Assembly: GCA_016748015.1 (NCBI GenBank)
Contig: JAAOMT010000386.1
Location: 1 to 64,000, forward strand
From: Geosiphon pyriformis uo1
Taxonomy: Eukaryota; Fungi; Glomeromycota
Length of the DNA stretch: 64,000 nt
Direction: 5' to 3'
Each line of letters opens with the position of its first letter. Within the stretch, counting starts at the first letter, position 1. Below are positions 24,609 to 38,900 of the stretch, piece after piece. The notes under the pieces were generated by a model that was not told the origin of the DNA, ran no database searches, and worked only from the letters and a program-made list of their open reading frames with translations. The position numbers and the translations under genes were made by a program.

Positions 24609-25281
24609 AGACTGAGTTCTGCCAAAGTTCAAGTACTATCTATAATGTTAAGATAGTGGTCCAAAATAATTGAAGTGATCTGGTCTGAAAATTATTGAAA
24701 TTTCAGTTCTGTAAGCTTTCTAATATATTGAATCTTCATTAGATAGAGTATTAGATTTTGTAGGATGTTTTCACAAGTGTTGAATAAATCATAGAGTCTA
24801 AATGCTACTTTAAGTTTATAGCAAGTGTTTATTGGTCCAGCTGTTAACTTAAATTCATTGTGAATTTGTTTTTGAATAGCTTTAGGAGTAATGTGTATTG
24901 CTTTAAGTTCTAGTTTTTGTTTATAAAGTGTTTTTCTAATATGAAAATATTTATATATAAAGGTATGTTCATTGTTCTGTTTATTGAGGAATAGTAGAAG
25001 TTTTTATGTATTGTGGCATTTGGTAGAATGTCAATAGGAGCAGATAAAAAGTTTTCTTTTAGTGCTTGCTTCAAAAGTTCTGGTAATTGATTTCCAGAGT
25101 AATTTCTTGTTTTTTTTCTATAAGGGTGATAATTTTGAGAATTATTTACTACTAGAGCTGTGGTTTTTTTCTGAATGTATTTAATTTGACTTCCCTTAAT
25201 CGTTATAGATAAGTTAGGAAGTGTTTTCAAAGCTAACATTAATTTTTGAAACATTTGTTAGATATTTTGGAGAATAATTAT
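24606..25281 (-). pseudogene. accessory ORF3 of B (unknown function, frameshifted)
   Basis: ORF 24910-25254 continues in a shifted frame (YKYFHIRK...KVAFRLYDLF...IQYIRKLTELKFQ*FSDQITSIIL...FGRTQS*). Homologous to ORF3 of D. Confidence 0.7.
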
Positions 25282-25427
25282 GGTAAAATAGTTAACTAAC
25301 AAAGAATAAAGAAAATTATTTTTGAATATGGAGTTTTATTTGTTTTTGGGTTTGGGTGTTTTTTGTAATTATTTACTATTATTGTTTTTGTGTATTATTA
25401 AAAGAATTATTGTAAAATTATGTTGAA

Positions 25428-28400
25428 TTAAATATTCAAGTTTGGTTGTTGTTTTATTATAATTATTGGTTCTAAATTTTGGGGAATATCTTCAGGATTA
25501 ATTAAAGGTGAATGTGTACTAATTTGTGGAATTAATGGTTCAGAATTGTTTCTGAAGTGATAGTGTTTCAATCAATCTCTATGTACAACTTTTGCTAGTA
25601 CTTTGTTATTAAGTCTTAACTTATATAATCCATTGTCTAAAATTTTGTAAATATAAAATGGTCTATCCCATTTATGTTCAAATTTTCAACTCCATTGTTT
25701 TTCAGCTTTAGTTTTGTATAAGAAAACTTTATTTCCAACTTTAAATTCGTTGGTAACTGGTAGCAGTTTGTTGTTATGTCTTTTTTTTTGTAGGGCTTAA
25801 GAGTATTAAATATGAGTGACTGCTATGTGTCTTTTTTCTTTTAATGTACTAAAAAGAGTGTAAGTTCTTCTTTAGAGTGTTTTTTGAAAGTTTTTTTCAT
25901 TGATTGGTTGTACTGGGTATGTTTCCACTATGAAATTAATTGATAATATTGCTGTTCTTCTATAAGTAAGATTAAATAGTGTGTGTTTTATAGTATTCTG
26001 TTTTAGTGTTCTGTATGCTAGTAACACTGATGGAATAAAGATATCTTATTCTTACTCAAAATCTGTTGAGACTTTGGCTAAAGATTTACACAATGTTCTG
26101 TTGAACTGTTTTACAAGTCCATTTATTTGGAAGTGATAAGATAATGATAAAAGTTTTTTGATATTGAATCATTCACAAATTTTTTGTATCAAGTTGTTCA
26201 TAAAATGTGTTCCTTAATCAGATAAAAGTTCAATTGGGCATCTATGTGCACAAATAATGTCTTCATAAATAAAATTTGCTACTGATTTTGCATCTGCTTT
26301 TTGGATGGCTTTAGCTTCAGACCATTTGGTAAGATAATTTATTGCAACTGCAATATAACAATTTCTTTGGGTTGTGATAGATAATAATCTGACTAAATCA
26401 ATTCCAACTCTGTCAAAAGATTGTCCAACTTGAATTGGATTTAAAGGTTCTGTGGGGCGAGTTCTTTTTCTTCTTTAACAACTATCATAAGATTCTACAT
26501 ATTGTTGAATGTCTTTTTGCATATGAGGCCAAAAGTAATGTTCAAGAATTCTTTGAATTGTTTTATCTCTTCCCAAGTGTACTAAAGAAGGATCTGTGTA
26601 CATGTTGTATAGGATTGTTTTTTTTTCATTTTCTTGTACTAATCTGAGTAGTTGGTTCAGATTTCTGCAATTTTTGTAATAAATTTTGTTATGATGTATA
26701 AAATTTTGTTTAGATTGGTATTGTAATCAATGTTTTTTACTTGGAGACCAATTTTCTGGTATGGTAAGAATCTCTAAATAGTTTTTAATGTTGTTGTAAT
26801 TTCTGGGATTTATTGTTGTTTGGTTATTTTGTTGATAGGTTGGTAAATTGTGGTGAGTTTATTCTTGGTATTAATCTTGTCTCATTCTTGAGAGACTATC
26901 AACATTGGTGTGTTTTTTTTTTCTGGTTTGTGGTGTACAATATATTTGTAGTTTGCAAAAAAATCATTTTATCAAGACTGTTTGGCACTTTGTTCAGTTT
27001 TTTTTATTGAACCATTTGAAACCAATATTGTTAGTTATAATGTCAAATTTTTTTTCATTCTTCAGATATTGTTAAAAATGTTTTATAGCCCAAATGACTG
27101 CAGCAGCTTCTAATTCAGTTGAGTCATATTTGAGTTTTGTTGGCTTGAGTGTTTTACTGGCATAAGCAATAACTTGTTCTTGGCTATTTTTATCTAATTG
27201 TAATAAGATGACACCAAATATTATATGTGAGGCATCAGTGGCTAGTTAAAACTGTTTGTTAAAATCTGAATAAGCAAGAACTAAGGCTGTTGTTAATTTT
27301 GTTTTGAGGGTTTCAAAAGCTTTTTGTTGTTCTTCAATCTATTGATATAGCACGTTTTTGTTGATAAGATAATTGAGTGGTTTGGCAATTTCTGAGAATC
27401 TTTTTATGAATTTTCAATAGTAGAAAGCTAATTCTACAAATCTTTATAGCTCTGTGGTATTTTTGGGAGTTTGAAAGTTTTTGAAAGCACTGATTGTTCC
27501 AGGGTTTGGTTTGACTCTATCTTTGCTAACAATGTATCCAAGAAAGATTAAACTTGTTTTTCTAAAGTAACATTTCTCAATGTATAACTTTAATTTTTGT
27601 TTTTGTAATCATTAAAAAACTTTTTACAGGTAAATAAAATGGGCTTCAAAACTTGGTAAGTACACATTAGTGTTATCAAAATAGACAACTACTAATTGTC
27701 ATAAAAATCTTTCATATATAATATCTATAAGTCACTGAAATGTTGCTGGTATATTGCAAAGTCCAAAAGGCATAATATTGAACTTATAGTTTTCTCTTTG
27801 AGTAATAAATGCTGTTTTGGGTCGATTTTTTGGGTTCATTTCGACTTGCCAGTATCCACTTTTTAAGTCTAAAGTTGAGAAAAACTTGGCTTTTCCTAGA
27901 GCATCTAGCATGTTATCAATTCTTAAAAGAGGGTAGGCATCTCTAATTGTCATACTGTTCAATTGGCAATAGTCAACACAAAATCTGATTTTTTTTTTTT
28001 TTTTTTAGCAAGGACTACTAAAAAGACCCAAGGACTTCTTGATAGTTGAATCAATTCGTTATTGAGCATTCTCTGAATTTCTTCTCTGATGAATTGGTGG
28101 CTGGCAGGTGGCACTTAATAAGCTTGTTGATGTTTTGGTAGAGCATTTCCTGTGTGAAACTGATGTTGAACAATATCAGTTTTTCCAAGATCATTGTTTT
28201 TTTTGCAAATATGTCAGCAAATTCAGCTATTAGCTATTTTAATTGTCTTTGTTGTTGAGATTCTAAGAGATTCATGTTGATTTAAGAGAGTTTTTCTTCC
28301 AAAAAGTAATAGTTTTTAGTAGTAGGGAGGATGTTTGAATTTAGAAGTAGTATATGTTTTATAATTTCGATGAAATTAGAAAAAATTTGAGAGTTTTCAT

Positions 28401-31400
28401 CTTGGAAAATATTGCTGTGTATAATTCCAATCTCTAATTTATTCAATAAAACAATAAAGTAATTATTGGAGTTGTAGAATATAACTTAAAATTTTTTCAT
28501 TTCTTTGGGAATATAAACGTTTAGAATTGAGATTTTATGTTTTAAACAGATTTGTTTATTGGATTCAAAAATTTGTTAGGTAGTGGTGGGTTTTGAGCAA
28601 GTGTAAATTTCATGATGTTCACCAAAAAGTGAAATGGTAATTGGTTGGAGAAGTTGAAGAATCTAGTAAGATTCATTCTGTGCATTGAGAGCTATATTTA
28701 CTGGCACTGTAAATCGTCTAGTTGAACCAAAATCTTGAGTTTCTCTTTCACTTTTTTCCAATTGTTCTCTGTTTTTAACTGATTGTAAACCCGAAATGTT
28801 AATTAAGGGTAGATAAATTGCTTGAACAATCTTTTTAGCATGTTTTATTTTGAATGGTTTTTCAGTTTTGTTTTATAACATGACAGTGATATCTTCAGTA
28901 TATCTTGCATCTATAACTCCTCCTCTAATATTGATTTTTTTGCTTGCCAATGATAATTGGAAAGCAATTTGTACCATTGCTCTTGGTAGTATTTTCAGAG
29001 CAATTTTAAGATAGATTTTGGTTAAGGATTTTGGTTGAAGAACCAAAATGTTTTTGTCAGAATATCTGAAGTCGTATCTTGTATCAATTTTATAGACTTT
29101 TTCTGGTTTTATTTCTTGTCCATTGTTGTCAAAGTATTTGAATTATATAGCAGACTGGTTTTTAATAAGATAGATTGGTGTGGTTGCAATTTTTTTTTTT
29201 GTTTCCAGTTTTCCAAATTCAATTTCTTTCTGGTTATTTTCACTGGATAAGAGGATGCTAAGAGCATAGTATTCTGAGCTTTATTTGTTATCACAAGACA
29301 TAATGCATTCTTCACACAATTGAATGTTCATTTGCTTTAATTATTGAATTTAAGCTTCTTGGGTTGGGTATGTGTGGCTTGCAATTTGGTGGTATGTTTT
29401 TACTTCATCTTCATAGTTGAATCCAGCTAATTTTTTTGTGTATTCAATATATTCAGCTTCTTTTATTTGTTGAACATCTTCCTGTATGGCTCTATTAATT
29501 AAAGTCATTGCTAAATCAAAGATCATTTCAGTATTATGAGGATAATGGTAAAATTTGTTGAGACCATTATTGTATACTGTATCAAAAAGTGTTCCTCTTT
29601 TAACTTTTTTTGAAATTGATAGGACATATTGGCAGGTTTGGTCACATACTCCTCCTCTCATTGTAACATTAATCCAGTTGCATTTTTTTGGTAGCATATT
29701 TTTATATGTAAGGCAAGGAGTGTTGTCCTATTTTCCACTCCTTTTGGAATATTCAATTTGTTCTCTATGGCATGCTTTGCAAAAGTAGCAGATGCAAGTT
29801 TCATATTCCTCTTCTGGAGAAATACATGCTTTTATTGATGAAAGTTTTTTGTTGCAATCTTTGCATTTGAGTGGGATGTAGAATGGTTGTTTCCGTGGTT
29901 CTGGTGTAAAATATCTAACTACATTCCATCTTTTGGTCTTTTCAAAGATTTCTTGTTCTGTTTCCTCACCCCAACTGGATATTGATTTAAAAGCCATAAA
30001 GGTTTTAGTAATTGGTAGTTTTTTTTCCTCTTCAAATTCGAATACTAAAATTTTCTTAGATTTTTTATTAAAAGTACTACAGATGGCAGGTACTCTAGTG
30101 TATTGTTCTTGATATGAAATTTTCAATTTCTGGGTTTCCCAATCTAAATTTGCATTGGTCTTAAGAAGCCAATTATTTTCAACAAAAGCTTGGTATTGTG
30201 ATGTATTCATAACTAAAACTTTGATTGAAATAATGATTTCATCAATTATAAATGAAAAGTTGTCAATTTCTCCTACTGGTGTCTTTTTCATCCTATTTGC
30301 TGTAACAATTACAGTTTGGGCTGGTCTGTCAACAGTTCTTTGAAGCTATTGCATTACTTGGTAGGTGATAATACTCCAGCTGATCCACTGTTTAAGATTA
30401 ATTGAATTGGTTTTTCTTCAACTTCAGCTTCAGTATACATTGCTGTAATTGCTTTTTGTTCATTGACTGCTGCATTGCTAAGCAAGAATGATGATTCATT
30501 GACTTCAAATGAAAATATATCTGAGAGGTTGGCATTTTGAGCAATTTGAGTTGGTGGAATAGTATTGTTAGAAGGGTTTGATCTTAATGCTGCAACTTTA
30601 TCTTCAAAAAGTGTAGTTTGTTAAAAATCCGATTTTTTTGGTATTGTAACATAACTGGGTTGAATGTGGTAGTAATTGGGTCTTTGCTAACCAGAATTTC
30701 GGGGAACCAACTGGTTATTTGGGTTGATTCTGTTGTTATTGTTCTGAAATTGATTTTAAGGTGTAAATTGGTTATGTTAAACCAATCTTCAGGCTGGTAC
30801 TTGGTATTGTTGTGTAAATGGTTGTTGATACTGTTGAGTTTGTAGAGGTTGTTGATATTGCTGCTGTGAAACAGGTTAATAGTAGTTGTTCTGCTATTGG
30901 AGTCTTGAAGAATAGTAGACTAATGGTGGAGACTGGTAATGAGATTGCTATTGAAATGTAATGTTGATTACTTCTGTTTTGTTGGTCTCTTTGTAGCTTT
31001 TTGCAATCTCGTTTCCAATGTTCTGGAATTCTACAATAGTAACAACTTTGGTTTTAATTGTTTGATAATAATGAATAGTTGGTTTGGTTTTGTTTTTATG
31101 GTGGCTAATATTTTTGTGGTTGTTGCTATTGTTGTTGATTGGTAAAATAATTTTCAATCTTCTTTGTAAGTTGGTCAATTTTCTCTTCAGCTACTGAGCT
31201 GGTTTCTCTAATAGCAAGATTCACAAGTTTAGTATGATTTGCTTTTTTCATTGTCATTTCATAGTTTTTTACATGTTTAATGGCTGTTGCTAAGTCTTCT
31301 GAGACATGTGAGTGAACTTTTTTGATTAATTTGTTTTTTAATCCTGCTATAAATTGATCCAAAATCTGGGCATTGGAATAGTATTCATTGGTTTCTAATT

Positions 31401-32527
31401 GTCAAATTCATAGAAAAAGTTTGTTGAATCTTCCAAGATAGGTTATAACAGTTTCAGATGTTTTTTGTTTGATATTGTAAAAGCAATTTCAGAAAGTAAT
31501 AGAGGTGTTGTTATTAGTGAATTGTTGTAAGAAAGCATCTTTGAATGCTTGCCAGTTTCCAAATAGTTCTTCTAAGTTTTCAAACCATTCTCTTGTAGTT
31601 CCTTGGAGAAAGTATAGAATTGCTTTGAGTATTTTTGCTATATTCCAACCATTTGCATCTCCTGCTTTTTGAACTTTGTCAAGCCATTCTTGAAGGCTGG
31701 TATTATTGTCTTTACCAGTAAATTTTGGGATTTTTGCAATATAAGCAGTTACTATTTCTTCTTTGTTTTCTGTAGTTTCTTTTTGTTCTGATTCAGTTTC
31801 CTTACTTTCCAAGTTCTCTGAATAATTACTTTCATTTTCTTGTAAGTAATCAATAATATTGGTGCTGGTTGATATGGGTTTTTGCTATTGAATAGGACTT
31901 TTGGGTGGCTGAAAATCTTCTGGTCTTGAGAAACAAATAAGTGGTGAATTTGATGTTTGTGGTTGAGCAAGTAAAATTGGAAAGGGTGTGACTGAAAGTG
32001 GAAGTCTGGTGCTGGTTCCTTGTTCTGGAGTTTGCAAGTATTTGGCAGTTATTTTTGGTGTCTTTGAAGTGGTTGAGATGGTGCTTGAATGTTGTTTTAG
32101 TTTTTGTTTGTTTTTGTTTGTTTTTGTTGCTTGTTTCTGTTTTTGATTCAAAGTTAATAGAGTATTTAGGCTGTACTGGGTATTTTTCTTCACAATACTA
32201 AATAATGCTAAAGTTAAATTCTTGGAAGTAGATGACAAGAGTTTTACTGTTCAGGTTTTTTGTTTTCAATTGTAAATAGTACACTAAATTATTCTAGAGA
32301 TTGCTTCTAACTTCTGAAATATTGTAGTTTCCAAAAAGATAATTGTTGATATGGTTTTCAATATATTAGTATACTGATTTCTTAACAACTTTAATTCCGT
32401 CTGAGATGTTGAATCTTTGTTTGCAGTGGATGTAAATTGACTGATAATACTCTAAAGTTGTTGTGTCTAGTATGGTTACCACTTTGAATTTGTTGTTGCT
32501 GTGTTATTTCTATAGGAGAGCACCAAA
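25428..32527 (-). pseudogene. gag-pol of B, disrupted
   Basis: Fragments homologous to A: AYIAKIPKFTG, KKTPVGEIDNF, CKDCNKKLSS, RGGVCDQTCQY, dUTPase at ~28715-29130, DAYPLLRIDNMLDALG, and an IN C-terminus ending ...NLEPIIIIKQQPNLNI*. Confidence 0.9.
32510..32527 (-). other. primer binding site of B
   Basis: Minus-strand TTTGGTGCTCTCCTATAG after the 5' LTR. Confidence 0.8.
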
Positions 32528-33497
32528 TATTACCAGAGGTTTTTGGTTTCTTTTCTTGAATGTTGTTAATGTTGATTTGCTATAAATTGACGTTTTTAAG
32601 AAGTAGTTAGACCTCCAGTAACTGAATTTATCTTCAAATTATCTTTTATAATTTGAACTGCTGGGCTTATAAGTAGAATGACCAATTCTTTACCAGTTAC
32701 TTTGTGTAGTTATGTTGTAGTAAATGTCAACTTTTTCCCAGGAATTGCTTGTTTGAAAGCTCACTAAAAATGTGTAGTTACTTTGCTGTAAAAGTCAATT
32801 CTTCTACAAAAATCTTGTCTCTAGACTACCTTAATAATTGTAATAAGAAAAAGAAAAATAAATAAAAGAAATATAAAAGAAATAGAATTTTGATCAAGAG
32901 AAACGTTTTCTATCTAGATCTGGAGTCATTAACAGATTACTGAAATTGGTAGTTAATCAATTTTAAAACATTAGTTGTGTTGAGGGAGTTCCAATTGTAA
33001 TAATTAGAGAATTTGGTTTTCGAATATTTAATTTTATTTGAATGTATAAAAGGTAATTTGTTCTAATTAAGATATTTAAAATAAGATATTATGTTAAAAT
33101 ACTATGAAAAGATACATTTTTTTGAAAAGAGAAGCTCTTCTTTTATACAACTTGTTGTAGTACTAGTCTTTGAACTTGCATTTTTCTCTTTGCTACAATT
33201 TAGATAAACTAAAAATACATTTCAGCAAACTACAAGTTATTTCACTGAACTATTGATTATTTCGGCCAATTTTCATTAATTTCGGCGAATTTTGACTATG
33301 TTAAATGATTCAGAGTATTGTGTAATTTGATCATCTTAATTTCTATGATACAAATCGAATTATTGATTAAGTAATGATATTTGATAATTTGATTAAACAA
33401 TAAGTAATATTCAAATAATAATAATATATGCTAATTAATAATAGGAATTATGAGGATAATTTCATGCTAATTAATAGCTAAAATTCTACTGGTAACA
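32528..33497 (-). repeat. 5' LTR of B (970 bp)
   Basis: Direct repeat of 23586-24594; the terminal CA is mutated to TA. Confidence 0.93.
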
Positions 33498-35916
33498 GCA
33501 TTTTTTGAATTACATTTATTTAATGTTATTAGTATTTTTATTTTTAAATTTCTATTAATTCTGATTAGCTTGCTTTTAAATTTTATTAAGATAAACATCC
33601 AAAAAACCACTTAGACCAATTGAAACTAAGACCATTTTATGATTAGTATTAAAAAATTCTTACATAATTTTAACTTTATAACTTGCAACTGTACATGTCA
33701 GATTTTTATTTACAAATATAAAATTCAACACTTTCTCAACATCTTTAGAGTTGTTCTAAATAAAAGTTTTGTCCAAAGAATACTTATTGAAAACATTAAC
33801 CAGACCCAGATCTGAACAAAACTTAAAATTTACACTTTTTTTGGACCCATTTTTATTAAAATTCCTATCTAAAATTATAAAAGAGCTAAAATTAACCACT
33901 TTAAAAATAGTAGAGTTGATAATAAAAGTCTAATTAAACTGCATACCAGCAGAAATTCTAGTATATAAACTTAAAATTATAACTAAAAGCTTGTTTTTAA
34001 ACAAAAGCTATATGAAAATTAAATAATTTAGAACTTTATTTATCTTAGAAATATGATAAGCCAAAGAGCTATTTATAATTATAGCAACACCTGTACCAAA
34101 AAAACCAACATTTAAACCAGAAGTAAAAATTTAAACTCTATTAAACTTATTTATAATTTATGGTCTAATACTAAACCTTAATTTAGTTTTTGTAATAATC
34201 AAAATTATATTTTTTGATTTTATATGACAACAAACAACATTTTTTTGCTTGGTAAAAACATTAAAACTTCGAATGTTACACATAGCAATCTTTCAAACCA
34301 AATTTGTTATTAAGAAAAATGAAATCTTGATCTTAAAACAAAATTGTCAACTTTGGTTAAAAGGTCCATAATTATATTTGAAAAACTTATTAAGCTATCT
34401 TTTAATTTAAAAACTATTAATAAATCTAAAGACACTATTTTTACAACAGTTTTATCAACAATAGATGCATTTGAACTCTTACTTATTATTATATTTACTT
34501 TTTGATTTTGTGATAAAGAGTTATCAATAGCTAATATTTAGGACTAAACTGAAAAACTATTGGCCCAAATACATCTAATCTTTTAGCCAGCTTATTGACC
34601 TGCTTTACAAGACTGACAAGTCTGTATTCAAGAGCAGTAAACCTATTATTTACATTCAAAAAAACCAGTAGAAATAGTTTAATATTTAAAGATAAACCAA
34701 TACTAAAAAGAATCAAAGACACTATACAAGAAGTAGAACTACTAGCAATCTACATCTAAGTTTTTTTACCAAATAAAATAGGATAAATAATTGGTATTTA
34801 TTTTTTTTATATATGTCTGCCAAATAAATTTGATCTTAAAAAGTAATTAACTATTTATTACAACTGTCTAAATTTCTACCTATTGAACACATACTAGAAA
34901 TATAACCAAAATAATTGTATTAAACACAGTAGACCAAAGAAAAACCAGTTTAATGCAAATTTACACTTCTAAAAACTGGTGTAAAACCAATAGCAGCTTT
35001 TTTAAAAACTTTATCAACAAAACAAATTATAGTATATTTGTTATATACATATAAATTTAAATTATGGCCAACAAAACAAGTTTTTTCACTATATGATTTC
35101 AGCAAATTAGAAAAATTATAAGCAGTAGTGCCAATTGGCAAAGTATACAGCAAAGTTTAATAAAGATCTTAATACTTATAACTGTTTATTATTGATTGCC
35201 AAAGCCATACACACAGAATTTTTTTCCATAAAAATTAACCAATTAAAAATAATTAAACTGCCAATATTTAATAATTTAAACTCAACTAAGGCCTTTTGTT
35301 AAAGACAAATTAGCTGTATTTTGATTAAAATAATCTTATTAAATTTAGAAAAAACCGATTTTACTGTCAATTTGGAAAGATAAACAGAAATTTTTTTAAT
35401 AATTACCTCCTAATTTGTATGGTTATTTGGTTTTCTAATGTCATTTTAACCAGAATTTTTTTATTGATTGCCAATTTTTTTGTCTTATTCAAATTCAACT
35501 CAGATGTAAAAAAAGATCTAATTATTCCAGAAAGTTTTGAAAAAGTAAAGACTTCCCCAAAACCATTTATATAATAAAAATTTTTTTCATACATAATAAT
35601 TCATTATTATTATTTTACCAAAAATGACAAACAACTCAATATTCAATGTAAATAATTTAACCAAATTGAAATTTTATTTTTTTGAAACATATAATCTAAC
35701 CAGTAAAAGTTGCTTAAAGTCATTAAACTTAAGTAATAGAAACATTAAAACGTTATTGTTATTACTCAAATCCACAAATGAAAAAGTTTTTGGTAAGTGA
35801 CCCAACACATATATTTGAGTGTGAGTTTTCTACAGTATGATATTATCCATATTATTATTAATTACCAAATAGTTTGAATTTCCATAGTTAGTTTTTTTGG
35901 CAATTATAGTTTTCTT

Positions 35917-38900
35917 AAAATAATCTGTCTTATTTATGTTCAAATTTCTTACTTCATTGTTTTTTAGTCTTAATTTTGTATAAAAAAACTTTGTTTTTAA
36001 CTTTAAATTTGTTGGTAACTAGTGGCAATTTGTTGTTATGTCATTTTTTTTGTTAAGCTTAAAAGTATTTGATATAGATGGCTGCAATTTGTTGTTTTTC
36101 TTCCAATGTATTAAGAAAAATATAGGCTCTTTTTTAAAGTGTTTTATAAAATTTTTCTTCTGTAATAAGTTGTACTGAATATGTTTTTACCATAAAGTTA
36201 ATTAGTAATATTGCTGTTCTTTTATAGTTAAATTAAATAGTGTGTATTTTATTATATCTTATTTTAGTATTCTATATGTTAGTAATACTAATAAAATAAA
36301 AATATTTTATTTTTGTTCAAAGTCAATTGAAACTTTGGCTAACAATTTACACAATATTTGGTTAAAATATTTTACAAGTTTATTTGATTGTGAATGATAC
36401 AAAAATAATAAAAGTCTTTTAATATTAAATTATTTACAAAATATGTTTTTTGATTAAATAAGAGTTTAATTAAATATTTATGTTTACAAATAATGTCTTT
36501 ATAAATGAAATTTGCTACTAATTTTGTGTTTGCTTATTAGATGGCTCAGGTTTTAGGCCATTTGGTAAGATAATTTACTATAGCTGCTATATAATAGTTT
36601 TTTTAAGTGGTAATGAATAGTAGTTCGATTAAATTAATACTAATTCTATCAAAAAGTTGTCCAACTTTGATTAAATTTAAAGATTTAATAAGACAAGTTC
36701 TTTTTTATTGACAATTATTACATAATTTTACATATTATTAAATATTTTTTTATATGTAAAACCAAAAGTAATATTTTAATATTCTTTAAATTGTATTATT
36801 TTTTTTAGATATGCTAATAATAAATTTGTATACATATTGTACAAAATAGTTTTTTTCTTGTTTTTTTGAATTAATTTAAGTAAATTTATTGGATTTTTAT
36901 AATTTTGATAATAAATTTTATTATGATATAAAAAATATTGTTTTAATTGGTGTTATAATTACTGTTTTTTAATTGGAGACTAGTTTTCTAGCATAATAAA
37001 GCCTTTAAATAATTTTTAATGTTGTTGTAATTTTTAGAGATCCATTGTTTGTTAATTGTTTATTGTTGTTGAACTGGTAGATTGTGGTAAAGTTGGAATT
37101 GGTATAAATTCGGTTTTATACTTAAGAAGCTATTTATATTAATATATAGTTTTTTTGGTTTGTAGTATATAATATATTTGTAATTAATGAGAAAATTAGT
37201 TTATTGAAATTGTTTTGCAATAAGTTTAATTTTTTTTGTTGAACTATTTAAGACCAATGTTGTTAATTATAATGTTAAATTCTTTTTCATTTTACAGATA
37301 TTGTTGAAAATGCTTTAAAGTCTAAATAACAGTTGCTGTTTTTAATTCAATAGAATCATATTTGGTTTCAGTAAGTTTGAGTGTTTTACTAACATAAACA
37401 ATAACTTACTTATTGTTTCTGTTATTTAATTGTAATAGAATGACACTAAATGCTGTATATAAAGCATTAATTGCTAAGTGAAATCTTTTGTTAAAGTTGG
37501 GATAAACAAAAATTAAAGCTGTAGTAAATCTTTCTTTAAAAGTATTAAATACTTGTTGTTAGGCTTAGATCTATTAGTATTTAATATTTTTATTGATCAG
37601 CTAGTTAAGTAGTTTGGTGATTTAAAAAAAATTTTTGATAAATTTCTAGTAATAAAAGACTAATTTTATAAATTCTTTTAGTTCTATAGTATTTTATGGG
37701 ATTTGAAAGTTTTTGACAGCACTAATTGTTTCTGAATTAGATTGAATTTTATTCTTGTTAACAATATATCCAGAAAAAATCAAATTTATTTTCCTGAAAT
37801 AATATTTTTTAATGTTCAATTTTAATTCTGCTTTTTATAATTATCAAAAAACTTTTTTAGGTAGATTAAATAATATAATATTAAACTTATTGTTTTTTTT
37901 TGTGTAATAAATACTGTTTTAGAACAGTTTTTGAACTTTATTTCAACTTATCAGTATCCACTTTCTAAGTTTAAAGTTGAAAAAAACTTTGCTTTTTCTA
38001 ATATATTGTTAATTTTTGGAAAAAAATATGCATTTTTATTTGTTATACTGTTAAGTTGTTAATAATTTACACAGAATCTGATCTTGCTATTTTTTTTAAC
38101 AAAAACAACTGATGAGGCCTAAAAACTTTTTGATAATTATATAAGATTATTATTAAATATTTATTGTACTTTTTTTCTAATAAATTAGTGGCTGGCAGAT
38201 AAAATCTGATAAGTTTGTTAGTATTTTAATAAAACATCTCTTATGTGAATTTAATGTTGTACAATGTCAGTTTTTTAAAGATAATTGTTGTTTTTGGCAA
38301 ATATATTAGCATATTTAACAATTAACTGTTTCAATTGTCTTTGTTGTTGAAATTTTAAGAAATTTATGTTGATTTAAGAAAGTTTTTTTTTATAATATGG
38401 TAATTTTCAGTACTTAAAATAATATTTGAGTTTGAGAGTAGTATATGTTTCATGATTTCAATAAAATTAAAAACAATTTAAGAGATTTTATTTTGGAAAA
38501 TATTGCTATATATGATTCCAATTTCTAATTTATTTAATAAAATAATAAAATATTTGCTAGAATTGTAAAAAATAACTCAGAATTTTTTTATTTTTTTTGA
38601 AATATAGACATTTAAAATTAAGATTTTATGCTTTGTACAGAGTTGTTTGTTTAATTCAAAAATTTGCTGTATAATAATAAGTTTTGAGCAAATGTAAATT
38701 TTATAATTTTCTCCAAAAAATGAAATAATAATTAATTATAGAAGTTAAAAAATCTGGTGAAATTTATTTTGTATATTAAAAGCTATATTTATTAGAACTG
38801 TAAATTATTTAGTTGAACCAAAATCTTGAATTCATTTATTATTTTTGCTTAATTGTTTTTTTTAATTGACTAATTGTAAATCTGAGATATTAATTAAGGG

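Larger units (their letters stand above)
23586..33497 (-). mobile_element. Ty3/gypsy LTR retrotransposon B, full length (9.9 kb), same lineage as A
   Basis: Two LTRs (23586-24594 and 32528-33497), 4-bp TSD GCAT (23582-85 and 33498-501), PBS, PPT, gag-PR-Cys-rich-dUTPase-RT-RH-IN remnants and ORF3. Confidence 0.95.
19947..35916 (-). mobile_element. LINE G, decayed, split by gypsy B (23586-33497), 5'-truncated at gypsy C
   Basis: ORF1 remnants at 34310-35900 (LPIGTTAYNF, FSKLSGIIRS). ORF2 start at ~34310 (xTNLV*KIAMCN). RT at 21900-22900, RNase H remnant near 21000, C-terminal zinc finger near 20220-20270. Excising B with one GCAT copy restores ORF2. Confidence 0.8.
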
